A DNA stretch of 63,947 bases, the filler included, from Octopus bimaculoides (lineage: Eukaryota): NCBI RefSeq assembly GCF_001194135.2. It is 6 parts of 6 records of this genome, joined end to end, with 100 filler letters (N's around TTAATTAATTAA, not from the genome) between each part and the next. Parts side by side here need not be neighbours in the genome. Positions count along the whole stretch, not along the records: positions 33,605 to 45,503 come from NC_068986.1; positions 45,604 to 47,940 come from NC_069002.1; positions 48,041 to 61,657 come from NW_026403212.1; 3 more parts are not named here. One strand, given 5' to 3'. This document shows, in pieces, positions 35,851-48,812 of this stretch (positions within the stretch are counted from its first letter, which is position 1; each line of letters begins with the position of its first letter). Both the position numbers and the translations under genes were made by a program. A model generated the notes under the pieces. That model made no database searches. It saw only the letters and a list, made by a program, of their open reading frames with translations, and had not been told where the DNA came from.

Positions 35851-36746
35851 CTTATATATTTATATGTATGCATGTATGCATGTATGTATATTATATGTCT
35901 GTATTATGTATGTAGGTCGTCTAGATAGAATAGAGACAGCTGATGAAGGGATATTCCAAGGGGCTTTCCGTTTTCCTATGTGTTCGTTCCGTTGTCTGTA
36001 GTTTATTTTTCTAACGTCCTGTACCCTGATATGCATGTATATACACATGTAGATGTAAGTATGTACATATATGTGTGTATACATGTATATATATTCTTTG
36101 TATTANNNNNNNNNNNNNNNNNNNNNNNNNNNNNNNNNNNNNNNNNNNNNNNNNNNNNNNNNNNNNNNNNNNNNNNNNNNNNNNNNNNNNNNNNNNNNNN
36201 NNNNNNNNNNNNNNNNNNNNNNNNNNNNNNNNNNNNNNNNNNNNNNNNNNNNNNNNNNNNNNNNNNNNNNNNNNNNNNNNNNNNNNNNNNNNNNNNNNNN
36301 NNNNNNNNNNNNNNNNNNNNNNNNNNNNNNNNNNNNNNNNNNNNNNNNNNNNNNNNNNNNNNNNNNNNNNNNNNNNNNNNNNNNNNNNNNNNNNNNNNNN
36401 NNNNNNNNNNNNNNNNNNNNNNNNNNNNNNNNNNNNNNNNNNNNNNNNATATATATATATATGTGTGTGTGTGTGTGTATGTATATGTATATGTATATAT
36501 ATCCTTATGTTTATCAAGTTTACAAATATAATTGCGTATATATGTGTGAGCGTATGTCTTTGTGTGTAGTCATCTGCACACGCACATATATTTACACACA
36601 GACACACACGCGTATACACACAGGCACACACACATATGTATATATATTTATAGCTATCTATCAAGTTACATAGTTTATATATATGTGCGTGTGTATGTAT
36701 ATATATGTGTACATGTATATTTATATATATATATATATATATACTT

Positions 36747-36779
<33 letters not shown>

Positions 36780-37191
36780 CATGAAAATATAAATATTATT
36801 AAAATAATATCAATATCCAGCAAGAATAGGTAGAATTATAAATATATAAACCAGGAGTACACGAAGTACGATCATTGCTAGAAATAGCAGCCCGTAGGTT
36901 TACGGCGCTATGTAGAGCTTCACTGAATATTTACAGGCAGAGATGTGTGCGGGCGATGAATATAGGAAAATTCTTCCTTGCCTCTACGGAGACCGTTAGA
37001 GGAATAACGGATAACTCAATACTGCGGTTTCAAAGTCTTCAGATCATGTGCGTAAGCAGCATGAATCTGATTGGTTATCATCAGTTGAGTCTGCTGTGAA
37101 TGACCAAATTTTAAAATATCCACTACCCCTGCTTTATATATTTATGTAACTACAAGTGGATTCTAGGCGATTTTTTCTTTCCTCTGTCACC

Positions 37192-37228
37192 TGTTTCTGA
37201 AAAAGAGCTTGGCTCGAAACGTAAAACA
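37192..37228 (+). ncRNA. Minimal type I hammerhead ribozyme-like motif, G8 mutated
   Basis: TGTTT-CTGAAAAA-GAGC ttg GCTC-GAAAC-GTA-AAACA. Confidence 0.6.
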
Positions 37229-37928
37229 CCCTTTTTTTCCTTCCATGTACGTCCGTGCATTACTGATTTGTGGAGTTTGTAGAACAGCTGTTATCACGCG
37301 TTGGACGGCTCCGGTTATCAGCCGAGTCCATCGTGAAGATCGCCCCGCTGCCTTCCTTTGGCCGGGAAGGAAAGACAGTTTTCCTGTCTGGTAGCTATGG
37401 CGTAGGAACGAGATTGTGTGTGAACGAGATTGAAAGGAGTGTAGTGTAGTAAATGAGATTGAAAGGACTGAAGACAGATGCTTTCTTCTTCGGCCAAGCC
37501 CTCATTGACTTTATCTACTGAGAGTAGAGAAGGACGTTCTNNNNNNNNNNNNNNNNNNNNNNNNNNNNNNNNNNNNNNNNNNNNNNNNNNNNNNNNNNNN
37601 NNNNNNNNNNNNNNNNNNNNNNNNNNNNNNNNNNNNNNNNNNNNNNNNNNNNNNNNNNNNNNNNNNNNNNNNNNNNNNNNNNNNNNNNNNNNNNNNNNNN
37701 NNNNNNNNNNNNNNNNNNNNNNNNNNNNNNNNNNNNNNNNNNNNNNNNNNNNNNNNNNNNNNNNNNNNNNNNNNNNNNNNNNNNNNNNNNNNNNNNNNNN
37801 NNNNNNNNNNNNNNNNNNNNNNNNNNNNNNNNNNNNNNNNNNNNNNNNNNNNNNNNNNNNNNNNNNNNNNNNNNNNNNNNNNNNNNNNNNNNNNNNNNNN
37901 NNNNNNNNNNTTATTATTATTATTATTA

Positions 37929-38021
37929 TTCAGTAGTTTTATTTTTATAACGTGCTTTCACTTCACTACCGAGCGCAGCTCTGTGCGCCTTGGGTATGTG
38001 CTGTGGTTTGCTGTGGTGCTC

Positions 38022-38024
<3 letters not shown>
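37929..38024 (-). mobile_element. 3'UTR-only copy of the R4/Dong-like element, embedded in (TTA)n
   Basis: Reverse complement of 19705-19795; TTA repeats on both sides. Confidence 0.88.
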
Positions 38025-38079
<55 letters not shown>

Positions 38080-38089
38080 CCTCATCATT

Positions 38090-38172
38090 ATCAAGGCGGC
38101 GAGTTAGCAGAATCGTTAGCACGCCGGGCAAAATGTATAACGGTATTTCGCCAGTCGCTACGTTCTGAGTCC
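38090..38172 (+). mobile_element. SINE family A head fragment
   Basis: CAAGGCGGCGAGTTAGCAGAATCGTTAGCACGCCGGGCAAAATG...GTTCTGAGT. Confidence 0.75.
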
Positions 38173-39109
38173 AAAGTGGTTTCATTTCCCATTATTCCAA
38201 CCATGCATAATTTTATACAAGTCTTGTGTAAGTTATCATAGAATTATTCATGTGTAATAGTGTTTTAAACGGAATGCTTCTTAAACCAATATTAACTGAT
38301 ATTAAACTTATGTTATAGAGATATCTTCATTTTCATCATTCTCTTCTATTTCACTCTGTCGATCAGTGAAATGTACCTGAATTTCCTTCACCAATGAACT
38401 ACATTTTCTGGAATTATATCATTAAATGCCAGTGTTAAGGAGAGGTTGACCAGGAATTTGTATCGATAGTTGCCTATGGAATTCACCGAGGTTTTGCAAA
38501 ATCCAAATTCATTACCGAAGGAGGTCTTTACCTATAGTTTCATTGAGTGTAATCTTCAGGAAGAGCTGTCCCTTATTCTACCAGTGCAACTCAATAGATA
38601 ACACGCATACTCTACCTAACAAGCTTCCTCGCAGTTTCCATACGCTTAACTTCACTCACAAGATTTAGATTAACTAGAGGCAAAATTAAATTGCACTAAA
38701 TGAAGGTTCTACGTAGCGTGATCGAACCAAGAACTTCGTAACTGCAAAGCAAATTTTTTAACCACTTGGCCATACATTCGTCTAATAAACTTTATTGCTG
38801 CAAACTATTGCATAGTTCTAAGTCCTATACTATTAAAATACACTATGCAACTCTATACTGCACCTCTACAGTAGTTCTATGTTCTCAACTGCACCTTTAA
38901 CTAACACGCTACAATGCAATGGTTTTCGCTGAAGAAAATACTCTACAAAGTTTCCTGCGCTTTGAATGACTCAGTTCTGCCTACATTATATTCTCATAAT
39001 ACCCTTACGATGACATGACTACAACAGCAGTTAAAGGAACAAACACACACACACTCACAAAGACACACACACACGCACACACACACACGTACATATATAT
39101 GTGCGTGTG

Positions 39110-39141
<32 letters not shown>

Positions 39142-39309
39142 NNNNNNNNNNNNNNNNNNNNNNNNNNNNNNNNNNNNNNNNNNNNNNNNNNNNNNNNNNN
39201 NNNNNNNNNNNNNNNNNNNNNNNNNNNNNNNNNNNNNNNNNNNNNNNNNNNNNNNNNNNNNNNNNNNNNNNNNNNNNNNNNNNNNNNNNNNNNNNNNNNN
39301 NNNNNNNNN

Positions 39310-39346
<37 letters not shown>

Positions 39347-39397
39347 GATAGTTGAATATATAAATAGATAGAAAGAGAGAAAGACAGAGCGAAAGAG

Positions 39398-39428
<31 letters not shown>

Positions 39429-39498
39429 TAGTTAGATATATAGATAAAGGTATATGTTCAGATCGAAATATCTATCTATCTACATACATGCATGCATG

Positions 39499-39580
<82 letters not shown>

Positions 39581-39596
39581 TACATACATTCATACA

Positions 39597-39627
<31 letters not shown>

Positions 39628-40369
39628 TTCTACTAGGAACCAACACAACAAACACATCGCGAGACAAAAGGAAATCCACGTCAATACTCTTTGAAAAAGT
39701 ACGAAATATAGTGAAACAAAAATTCCGAAAAAGCAACAAACAAAAACAATTATACGTGACCCACCACCACCACCACCGGCACCACCTCCACCACAAAACA
39801 TACCCCGAAAAAAGAACAACAAAACAAAAAAAAAAGAAAAGAAAACGAACGATTAAATAAAAAAAAAAGAAGAAAAAACGCGAGTGCGTCGAACCTTGAC
39901 AAGTCTTCTATGTACGAAACCTCCCCTATCTCATACACGAAGCTAACACCACCAACAACAGAATCGCGAGCACATAGTGCAGACTTTTGAAGCGCTTTTA
40001 TAGCAAAAGAGATAATTGAATAGTTTACAGGTTCAGACCCATGGAAGAACTAACTTATCTACAGTAATGCCTCTGCAATTCATGTGTTTTAGAAATGTAT
40101 TATATTGTCTTATTGTCGTGCTAAGGGAATTTTGGGCCTACTACTGTTAATCTGATTTACATAGTGGCTTTGAACTCAATACAGACAATTATTGTGTAAC
40201 GATTATCTTTTTATCTATCCATTTATCTATGTATTTAAACTCGTGTCTATCTAACGTATTATCAATTTCATATTTTATACGTTTGCGTTTTGTGCGTATA
40301 TGTGTGAGTGTGCACTGTATGTATGTGTGTATGTATGTGTGTGTATGTTTGTATGTGTATATGTGTTAA

Positions 40370-40406
<37 letters not shown>

Positions 40407-40899
40407 TGTATGTATATATATGTATGCATATATTTACATGCATATATGCCTAGATGTATGATTAATACATATATACGTTTATATATGTGTATATATGCAT
40501 ATATATATATATATGTGCGTGTTTATATATATATATATATATATATNNNNNNNNNNNNNNNNNNNNNNNNNNNNNNNNNNNNNNNNNNNNNNNNNNNNNN
40601 NNNNNNNNNNNNNNNNNNNNNNNNNNNNNNNNNNNNNNNNNNNNNNNNNNNNNNNNNNNNNNNNNNNNNNNNNNNNNNNNNNNNNNNNNNNNNNNNNNNN
40701 NNNNNNNNNNNNNNNNNNNNNNNNNNNNNNNNNNNNNNNNNNNNNNNNNNNNNNNNNNNNNNNNNNNNNNNNNNNNNNNNNNNNNNNNNNNNNNNNNNNN
40801 NNNNNNNNNNNNNNNNNNNNNNNNNNNNNNNNNNNNNNNNNNNNNNNNNNNNNNNNNNNNNNNNNNNNNNNNNNNNNNNNNNNNNNNNNNNNNNNNNNN

Positions 40900-40932
<33 letters not shown>

Positions 40933-41136
40933 ACTCTCTTCTCCATAAGCGTGCTCATGAGCGCGCGTGTGAGTGAATACGTAATTCGATTTTCTTACTG
41001 TATACAACCTTATATAAAATAGGCACATAGTCAATCTATCAACCGACCTCTGTATATATAAATCTATCTACTTATCAGCCATGCCTATCTATCGATATGC
41101 CTGCGTATATATATGTATGTAGCAGCAGCAGCAGCT

Positions 41137-41196
<60 letters not shown>

Positions 41197-41252
41197 TAGG
41201 TGGCATCAATTTTAGATAGAGAGACAGACATTTAGACAGGCAAATAGATAGG

Positions 41253-41301
<49 letters not shown>

Positions 41302-41302
41302 G

Positions 41303-41355
<53 letters not shown>

Positions 41356-41699
41356 ACGGTTAAGTTAAGGATACTAACACTCTCCAATTGAACCCCCATT
41401 GCCTGACAGAACATGTAAACATCAATCCTTCCAGTCCGTTCTTCTCGTTGAAAATCTCAGCAATAGATTCATTGGTCTGTTACTGTTTGATTCCTCAATT
41501 GTTATGCTTATAATGGAATCGCTTCTCTCGAACTGGCTTCACCTCCATTAGAGCTTACTTCTTGCTGACGTAGCCGTGTTACTGTTATCATTGATGTTGT
41601 TGTTTAGCCCAGGGTCAGCCGTTAAAAAGGAGGCTTATGATCAATGAATGAATCACATTTTATGAAAGATAGATTGATTCTTAACCGCGGTTCATATGA

Positions 41700-42008
41700 C
41701 AATAATAAATAATAAATAATAAATGCGCCCTTTTAAAGCTTAGCCAGGCTCATAGGCCCGGTTTCAATGGCATATGTGTTCCCCAGCTGGACGGGACGCC
41801 AGTCCATCGCAGCGTTACTCATTTTTGCCAGCTGAGTGGACTGGAGCAACGTCCACTGGAGCAACGTCCACTGGAGCAACGTCCACTGGAGCAACGTCCA
41901 AATGAAGTGTTTTGCTCAAGAACACAACGCATCGACCGGTGCAGGAATCGAAACCACAATCTTACGATCATGATGCTGGCACCCTAACCACTAAGCCACG
42001 CGCCTCCA
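41700..42008 (-). mobile_element. SINE family C variant with an internal 4 x 15-bp tandem amplification
   Basis: Minus head GGAGGCGCGTGGCTTAGTGGTTAGGG; ACTGGAGCAACGTCC x4 at 41840-41899. Confidence 0.85.
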
Positions 42009-42147
42009 CTCATATGACACTTAGGGTACCATATATTATTTTGTTTAAATTTATGTCCAATAAATTGTTTATACGTCTTCAATACATGAAATATTTTAAC
42101 AATCGGTTTATAGAATTTCTAATAATGTTTAATTGTAATAAATACAG

Positions 42148-42705
42148 TGAAGGCGCTTGGCTTAAGGGTTTGGGTATTCGACTCACAATCACAAGGTCGT
42201 GAGTTCAATTCCCGGCCACGCGTTGTGTCCTTGAGCAAGACACTTTATTTCACGTTGCTCGAGTCCTCTTAGTTGGCAAAAATGAGTAGTACCTACATTT
42301 CAAAGGGGCCAGTCTTGTCACACCTATGTGTCATGCTGAATCTCCTTGAGAACTACGTTAAAGGTACACGTATCTTATTTCTTTATTGTCCACAGGGGGC
42401 TAAACATAGAGGGGACAAACAAGGACAGACAAAGAGATTAAGTCGATTATATCGACCCCAGTGCGTAACTGGTACTTATTTAATCGACCCCGAAAAGATG
42501 AAAGGCAAAGTCGACCTCGGCGGAATTTGAACTCAGAACGTAACGGTAGACGAAATACCGCTAAGCATTTCGCTCGGTGTGCTAACGTTTCTGCCATGTA
42601 TCTGTATAGCGCTCAGCCGATTTGCGTTAATTTCACAAGCACGCTATTCCGTTGACCGAATCAACTTGAACGCCCGTCGTCATAACCGACGGAGTGCTTT
42701 AAACA
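42148..42705 (+). mobile_element. SINE family C interrupted by a family A SINE
   Basis: Colinear with 35532-35850 once 42376-42595 is removed. Confidence 0.85.
42376..42595 (-). mobile_element. SINE family A nested in family C, with an 8-bp target duplication
   Basis: ACGTATCT 42368-42375 and ATGTATCT 42596-42603 flank the insert. Confidence 0.88.
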
Positions 42706-43987
42706 TACAATAAGATTTTGTGTACATGCATCGAATGGTTGTGGAGGTCCAGTAGGGTAAAATAGGAATCAAAATGGTCCATAGGCAAAGTGGTCCAATG
42801 GTTACGAACCATTGACTTAGATTAATCATATAATCTGTGTCCTTCTTAGCGTGTTATTTCAAAAGGATTTACCAACCATCTGACAGATCAGACCACTACA
42901 GAGAGGCTCCGTAGTGGTTCGTTCCCACGAAGAAATAACATAGCCGAGGAAATAAATTATTAAACTGCTTTCTCGTAGAGCGTGGTTTCGCACTGCAGAC
43001 ATTTCGTTGTCATTTTGAACATTTGAACGTCACTTAGTTCTGCATATCTCTACTCACCTAGTTATCACCTAACCATAGATATACTATTATCTATTGATGT
43101 TACATGTTCTACACCCGGATTCCGTGCTAGAGGAAGATTTTCTTCCCCCTTGCTTCAGTTTTTAAAACTCTTAGTTTAGGAGAAAACCTATGTAATTACT
43201 AACACTGCTTCTGTAGATCTTGCATCTGATGTTGACACCCGTAGATAACACCTGTACTTTCTGTCACTAATAGAGTGATCTATCAGTATTATATTCCCCC
43301 AACTGAGTTTCAACAACAATTCTTATCAGCTATATTGAGTACCATTTGTATTATGCACTACTGTATGTTACTCTACTGTATGTCACCGAAAATGTGTGCT
43401 ACCAGTATTTTTTTATCAGTCCCGAAATGATGACTGGAAAAGCTGACCATGCCGGAATTTGAACTCAGAGCATACAGAGTCGAAAACAAACACCGCAACG
43501 CTTGTTCGTATTTTCTGTTTTCGATGCTCTAACGATTCTACCCGTTCACTGCCTTGATCTGAAGTATGTCAGTTAACGGTCCTGTATCAAACAAGCGCAA
43601 GGTGGTGACCAGGTAGGATCGTTTGCACTTAGGAGAAGACTTTTAGCGGCATCCCTTCCGAGTTCAGTTCTAACAAGAGGAAGTAGTTCCGTTGATCGAA
43701 CAAATGGAGTACTTACTAATCGTCAAAACCGATCATCACCATCATCGCCATCATCATCATCATCATCAGCATCGTCATCATCATCGTCGTCATCATTATC
43801 GTCATTATCATCATCATCATTGCATTGAAATTAACATTAATTAGGATTCCACGCGTGCGTTCTTATTAAAATAACATACGCACGCAAACACACGCAAACA
43901 CACGCAGACACGCCCTCACACACATACACACAAACACATATACACACATTCGCTATACAAACATACCAAGCGCGCACGCAACTGCTA

Positions 43988-44027
<40 letters not shown>

Positions 44028-44544
44028 GACTGGGCCACCAAAANNNNNNNNNNNNNNNNNNNNNNNNNNNNNNNNNNNNNNNNNNNNNNNNNNNNNNNNN
44101 NNNNNNNNNNNNNNNNNNNNNNNNNNNNNNNNNNNNNNNNNNNNNNNNNNNNNNNNNNNNNNNNNNNNNNNNNNNNNNNNNNNNNNNNNNNNNNNNNNNN
44201 NNNNNNNNNNNNNNNNNNNNNNNNNNNNNNNNNNNNNNNNNNNNNNNNNTGGACGATGGTGTGACATGTGGTAGAGATCAGTCAGGGGAAGGAGAAGTAC
44301 AGGTTTAATTTAAACTATTCACTCCCCCCACTCCCCCTCCTCTATGGATTTCAATTCTTTTAGAGATCGATATTGAAATTATTGAATTTCTCCAAATTCC
44401 GTCTTCTTTATTAACACTTTTTTCCCCTCCATTTTTCTTTCTCTCTGTCTTCTTCCCTGTCTTTTGCTTTCTTTTTCATTGTATTCTTCTGTCTACTCAC
44501 TACTATTACTCCTTACTACTACTACTACTACTACTATTACTCCT

Positions 44545-44575
<31 letters not shown>

Positions 44576-44699
44576 GCTGCTGCTGTTGCTGCTGCTGCTG
44601 ATACTACTACTACTACTACTACCACACCCTTCACTCTCTTTAGCCTTCTGTTTTTTCCCTTTCATTATTTCCTGTAAGTCTTCCATCTTTCCTTCATCT

Positions 44700-44915
44700 T
44701 ACATTCTTCTACTTGTTTCATTCATTTGACTGTGGTCATGCTGGGGCACTACCTCGAAAGGTTTTAGTCGAACAAATAAATCAACTGTAGGACTTATTCT
44801 TTAAGCCTAGTATTTATTCAAACAGTCTGTTTTGCAGAACCGCTAAATTACGGGGACGTAAGCACACCAGCACCGGTTGTCATGTAGTGATGGGGGAACA
44901 AACACAGACACAAAG
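44700..44915 (-). mobile_element. SINE family B, 3' half
   Basis: Colinear with 61975-62170. Confidence 0.8.
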
Positions 44916-45117
44916 ACACACACACACATACGCATATATTTTTCCCCCTCTGAAGATATTATGCTCACGTCATATAAATATAAATTTAATATTTACTAAG
45001 TATTAATTGAAACAGCTGTAAGTGAAGATGTTTAATTTACTCTTAATGATAAACAATTATTAATTTCCCAATCTGCACTTTCTTTTTTTTTCTTCTCATA
45101 TACATATATATATATAT

Positions 45118-45282
45118 ATATGCCGGGATTCTTTCAGTTTCCATCTTCCAAATCCACTCACAAAGCTTTGGTCGGCCCGATGCTTCAATAGAAGGTACTT
45201 GCCCAGCCCAAAGCGCAACGCTGTGGTACTGAACCCAGAACCATATGGTTGGGAAGCAAGCTTTTTACCACACAGCTGCACC
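45118..45282 (-). mobile_element. SINE family B head
   Basis: Colinear with 62190-62350. Confidence 0.8.
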
Positions 45283-45503
45283 TTTTTTACTTTTCGTTGG
45301 TCCTTACCTTCATTTTTCTTTTATTCTCTTCCTTCTCTTTTTTGTCTCATTCCCTTCTTTTTTATGTTTCTCCATATTTCTTTCTTTCTTTCCTTCTTTT
45401 TTTCTTTCTTTCATTCTTTCTTCTCTTTTCCTTTGTTGCTTTATCAATCTTTGAATCATTTATTTCTTTTGCTCCCTCTTCCTCTTTCTCACCTTCTCTC
45501 TCT

Positions 45504-45603
45504 NNNNNNNNNNNNNNNNNNNNNNNNNNNNNNNNNNNNNNNNNNNNTTAATTAATTAANNNNNNNNNNNNNNNNNNNNNNNNNNNNNNNNNNNNNNNNN
45601 NNN
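45504..45603. other. Artificial scaffold-joining spacer
   Basis: 44 N + TTAATTAATTAA + 44 N. Confidence 0.97.
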
Positions 45604-45644
<41 letters not shown>

Positions 45645-45862
45645 CATATATATATTTTATTAATTTGCTTGTACGGCTGGTATTCGCTTGCCACTAGTGA
45701 TAATATTTTAATAATACTATGACTCTCGTATTTACTTATATATATGCATGCTTGTATATGTGTGTGTGTGTGTGTACATACATGCATACATACATATACA
45801 TATATATACATATACATATATATACATATACATATATATACATATACATATATATACATATA

Positions 45863-45958
<96 letters not shown>

Positions 45959-46662
45959 CGTGCGTGCATGCGTGTTATTTTCGGATTTGTCTTTTGTCGC
46001 TTCCCTGAAGATATTATAATCATCCAAAATAGATAAGTAAATAAGATCAAAATCTTTAATGGATATATGAAGATTAAAAGAGACAATATAAAGAAAGGCA
46101 AGACTGGAAATGACAGGAGTCATACAGACAGCTAAGCCATCAGTTATCGTTTAAATATCCTGGTCGTTTAAATATTCTACTGGTTTCACAAAGACAGTTT
46201 AACAACATCGTCTTCCTTTTCACTCCAATTTAATATTTCAATTGTTGTTTAATTACTGGCCTTTACAGCTTCTAATTCGTCGATCGATTTGGGAAAATTA
46301 GCAGATCACATTAAACTGTGTTAAAAAAAAATTATTCTCTATCGATAAGGAAGTCGATTGTATATGAGGTGATAGTCATTAGATATATTCGTTCAGAGTT
46401 GACTTGGGGCTAACTCTGTGTGTCTGGGACTGCAGTGTGCTTCTAATTTTAAAAAGGTTGGGTTGTGATTTGAAGAAGGCTCAGCTACTATTTCTAGCAT
46501 GATGACCCCCACCCACCAACATCATATGGTGTTCTTCGACAGATCATGTATTAATTAATAAATCACGTTGGTTAATGACACCATTAAATGTGGTAAACAT
46601 TCTTCGTTCTTTATAAACTTTAATATAATACAAAATCGTAGGTGCCCGCATAGCATTTGACA

Positions 46663-46702
<40 letters not shown>

Positions 46703-47230
46703 TCACACACACCACACACCATACACACACACACGCACTATACACATTTAATGCATACTCACACAATGAATACCCATGCTTAAATACGAAAAGAAACCAC
46801 TCATCCACATGCGGTGACACACACATACATACACATTTAAATACAAACACTCACACACATGCGCGCGCGCTTGGTCGATGTCCGACCTTAGAATATCAGA
46901 CTTTTGTCGCCACCTACTGAANNNNNNNNNNNNNNNNNNNNNNNNNNNNNNNNNNNNNNNNNNNNNNNNNNNNNNNNNNNNNNNNNNNNNNNNNNNNNNN
47001 NNNNNNNNNNNNNNNNNNNNNNNNNNNNNNNNNNNNNNNNNNNNNNNNNNNNNNNNNNNNNNNNNNNNNNNNNNNNNNNNNNNNNNNNNNNNNNNNNNNN
47101 NNNNNNNNNNNNNNNNNNNNNNNNNNNNNNNNNNNNNNNNNNNNNNNNNNNNNNNNNNNNNNNNNNNNNNNNNNNNNNNNNNNNNNNNNNNNNNNNNNNN
47201 NNNNNNNNNNNNNNNNNNNNNNNNNNNNNN

Positions 47231-47289
<59 letters not shown>

Positions 47290-47321
47290 TGTTCTTAATG
47301 TTCTCCGAATTCAACCAGCTA

Positions 47322-47940
47322 CTCGCCTGCATAGTGTTTCCCTGTTTCACGGCATTAGAGATGTTGAAAGCGTCGGTGCAGTCACCATTGCTGACAACTT
47401 GACCGGTCATGTTGTCGTGGAAGATTCTTACCAATGTGGTGAACTTGCATGGACAGCCCAGCTTAGGACGGTCCACAAAGCTTCTCTGTTGACTGTATCG
47501 AAAGCTTTGGACAGGTCTATGAACACTGAATACAAATCCATCTGTTGCTACGTTACTGCTTCACTTCACTTGACGCACAGCAAGCATTATGTCTATGGTA
47601 TTGCGGCCAGAGCGTAAGCCACATTGGACTTCAGACAAGTTGCTCTCAGAGACGCTAGTGATGAGCCTGTTGAAGAGGATGCGACCCAGGATTTTTCCAG
47701 CAATTAAAAGCAGGGAAATGTCCTTGTAATTTTCACAGTTTGACTTGGTTCCTTTGTTCTTAGTTCCTTTGTTCTTGGAAGTCTGCTGGTATACACTCAT
47801 CCTCCCAAATGGACATAAGGATGTCGTGGAATGCATTGAAAGCCATGATACCAAGTGCTTTGTGAAATTCATCAGGAATTCCATCTTCCCTCGGAGCTTT
47901 GCCACAGTTCAATTCTTTTATGGCAGTCTTGACCTCATCT
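47322..47940 (-). pseudogene. RTE-clade LINE reverse transcriptase fragment
   Basis: NCENYKDISLLLIAGKILGRILFNRL...QCGLRSGRNTIDIMLAVRQ...KLGCPCKFTTLVRIFHDNMTGQV...SNAVKQG, with frameshifts. Confidence 0.9.
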
Positions 47941-48040
47941 NNNNNNNNNNNNNNNNNNNNNNNNNNNNNNNNNNNNNNNNNNNNTTAATTAATTAANNNN
48001 NNNNNNNNNNNNNNNNNNNNNNNNNNNNNNNNNNNNNNNN
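47941..48040. other. Artificial scaffold-joining spacer
   Basis: 44 N + TTAATTAATTAA + 44 N. Confidence 0.97.
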
Positions 48041-48661
48041 CTCTCCAAATATATACATGCATACATACATACATACATATATACATACATAAATACATGC
48101 ACGCATACATACATACATACATACATACATACACGCACATATATATATGTATGTATATAACTTCTTCCAAATAATCTCGTTTTGCAAAACTGGCTTTGAA
48201 TATTACAGTGACGTTGTTGTGTTTCGTAGTCTTTACTTTACGGAGAATTTATAATGAATCAATTTGTTGTAAATTGCTAATACATACCAATGTATGTATG
48301 TATGTATGTATGTATGTATGTATTATGTGTATGTATATATGTATATACGTATGCATATATATATATGTATATATATATATATTTATATACATATAAATAT
48401 ATATATATATATGTGTGTGTGTGTGTATGTGCATATACATACGCCATAGACATACATATAAAGATGTATGTATATATATATACATACATACATATATATA
48501 TGCGTGTGTGTGTGTGTGTTTGTGTGTCCACACACACACACACACACATACACACACACACACACACGCATATACTTATGTACATAATGTATACTCGCTT
48601 ATTTTTTCCGGTGCTTAAATAAATATTATTTTTGGTGTCAGGTAAGGCTAATAGCTTTTTT

Positions 48662-48812
48662 TTACCTGTAATTTCAACATTTTTACACCTGTCGATAATG
48701 GTAAATATTACCTTACCTGTAATTTCAACATTATTACACCTGTGCTATTAGATTAATGAGGCCGTACCTGAAAGTTTCAACATTATTACACCTGTGTTAA
48801 TTATTACACCTG
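48662..48812. repeat. Repeat-spacer array: three 31-32-bp repeats separated by two unrelated 20-bp spacers, plus a partial fourth
   Basis: TTACCTGTAATTTCAACATTATTACACCTGT-type units at 48662, 48713, 48764. Confidence 0.85.

Noticed and set aside
34775-35960. CTGATGAAGG motifs at about 34780 and 35940 as hammerhead cores
   Set aside because: A short stem follows but there is no GAAA downstream; recorded only as a dispersed repeat.
37017-37048. Minus-strand CTGAAGA-cttt-GAAAC-cgca-GTA with intact hammerhead core words
   Set aside because: No stem II pair and no stem I complementarity; cannot be supported, although it lies near a better motif.
48662-48812. CRISPR array
   Set aside because: Only three repeats, 20-bp spacers, eukaryotic context, no cas genes; kept only as a repeat-spacer curiosity.
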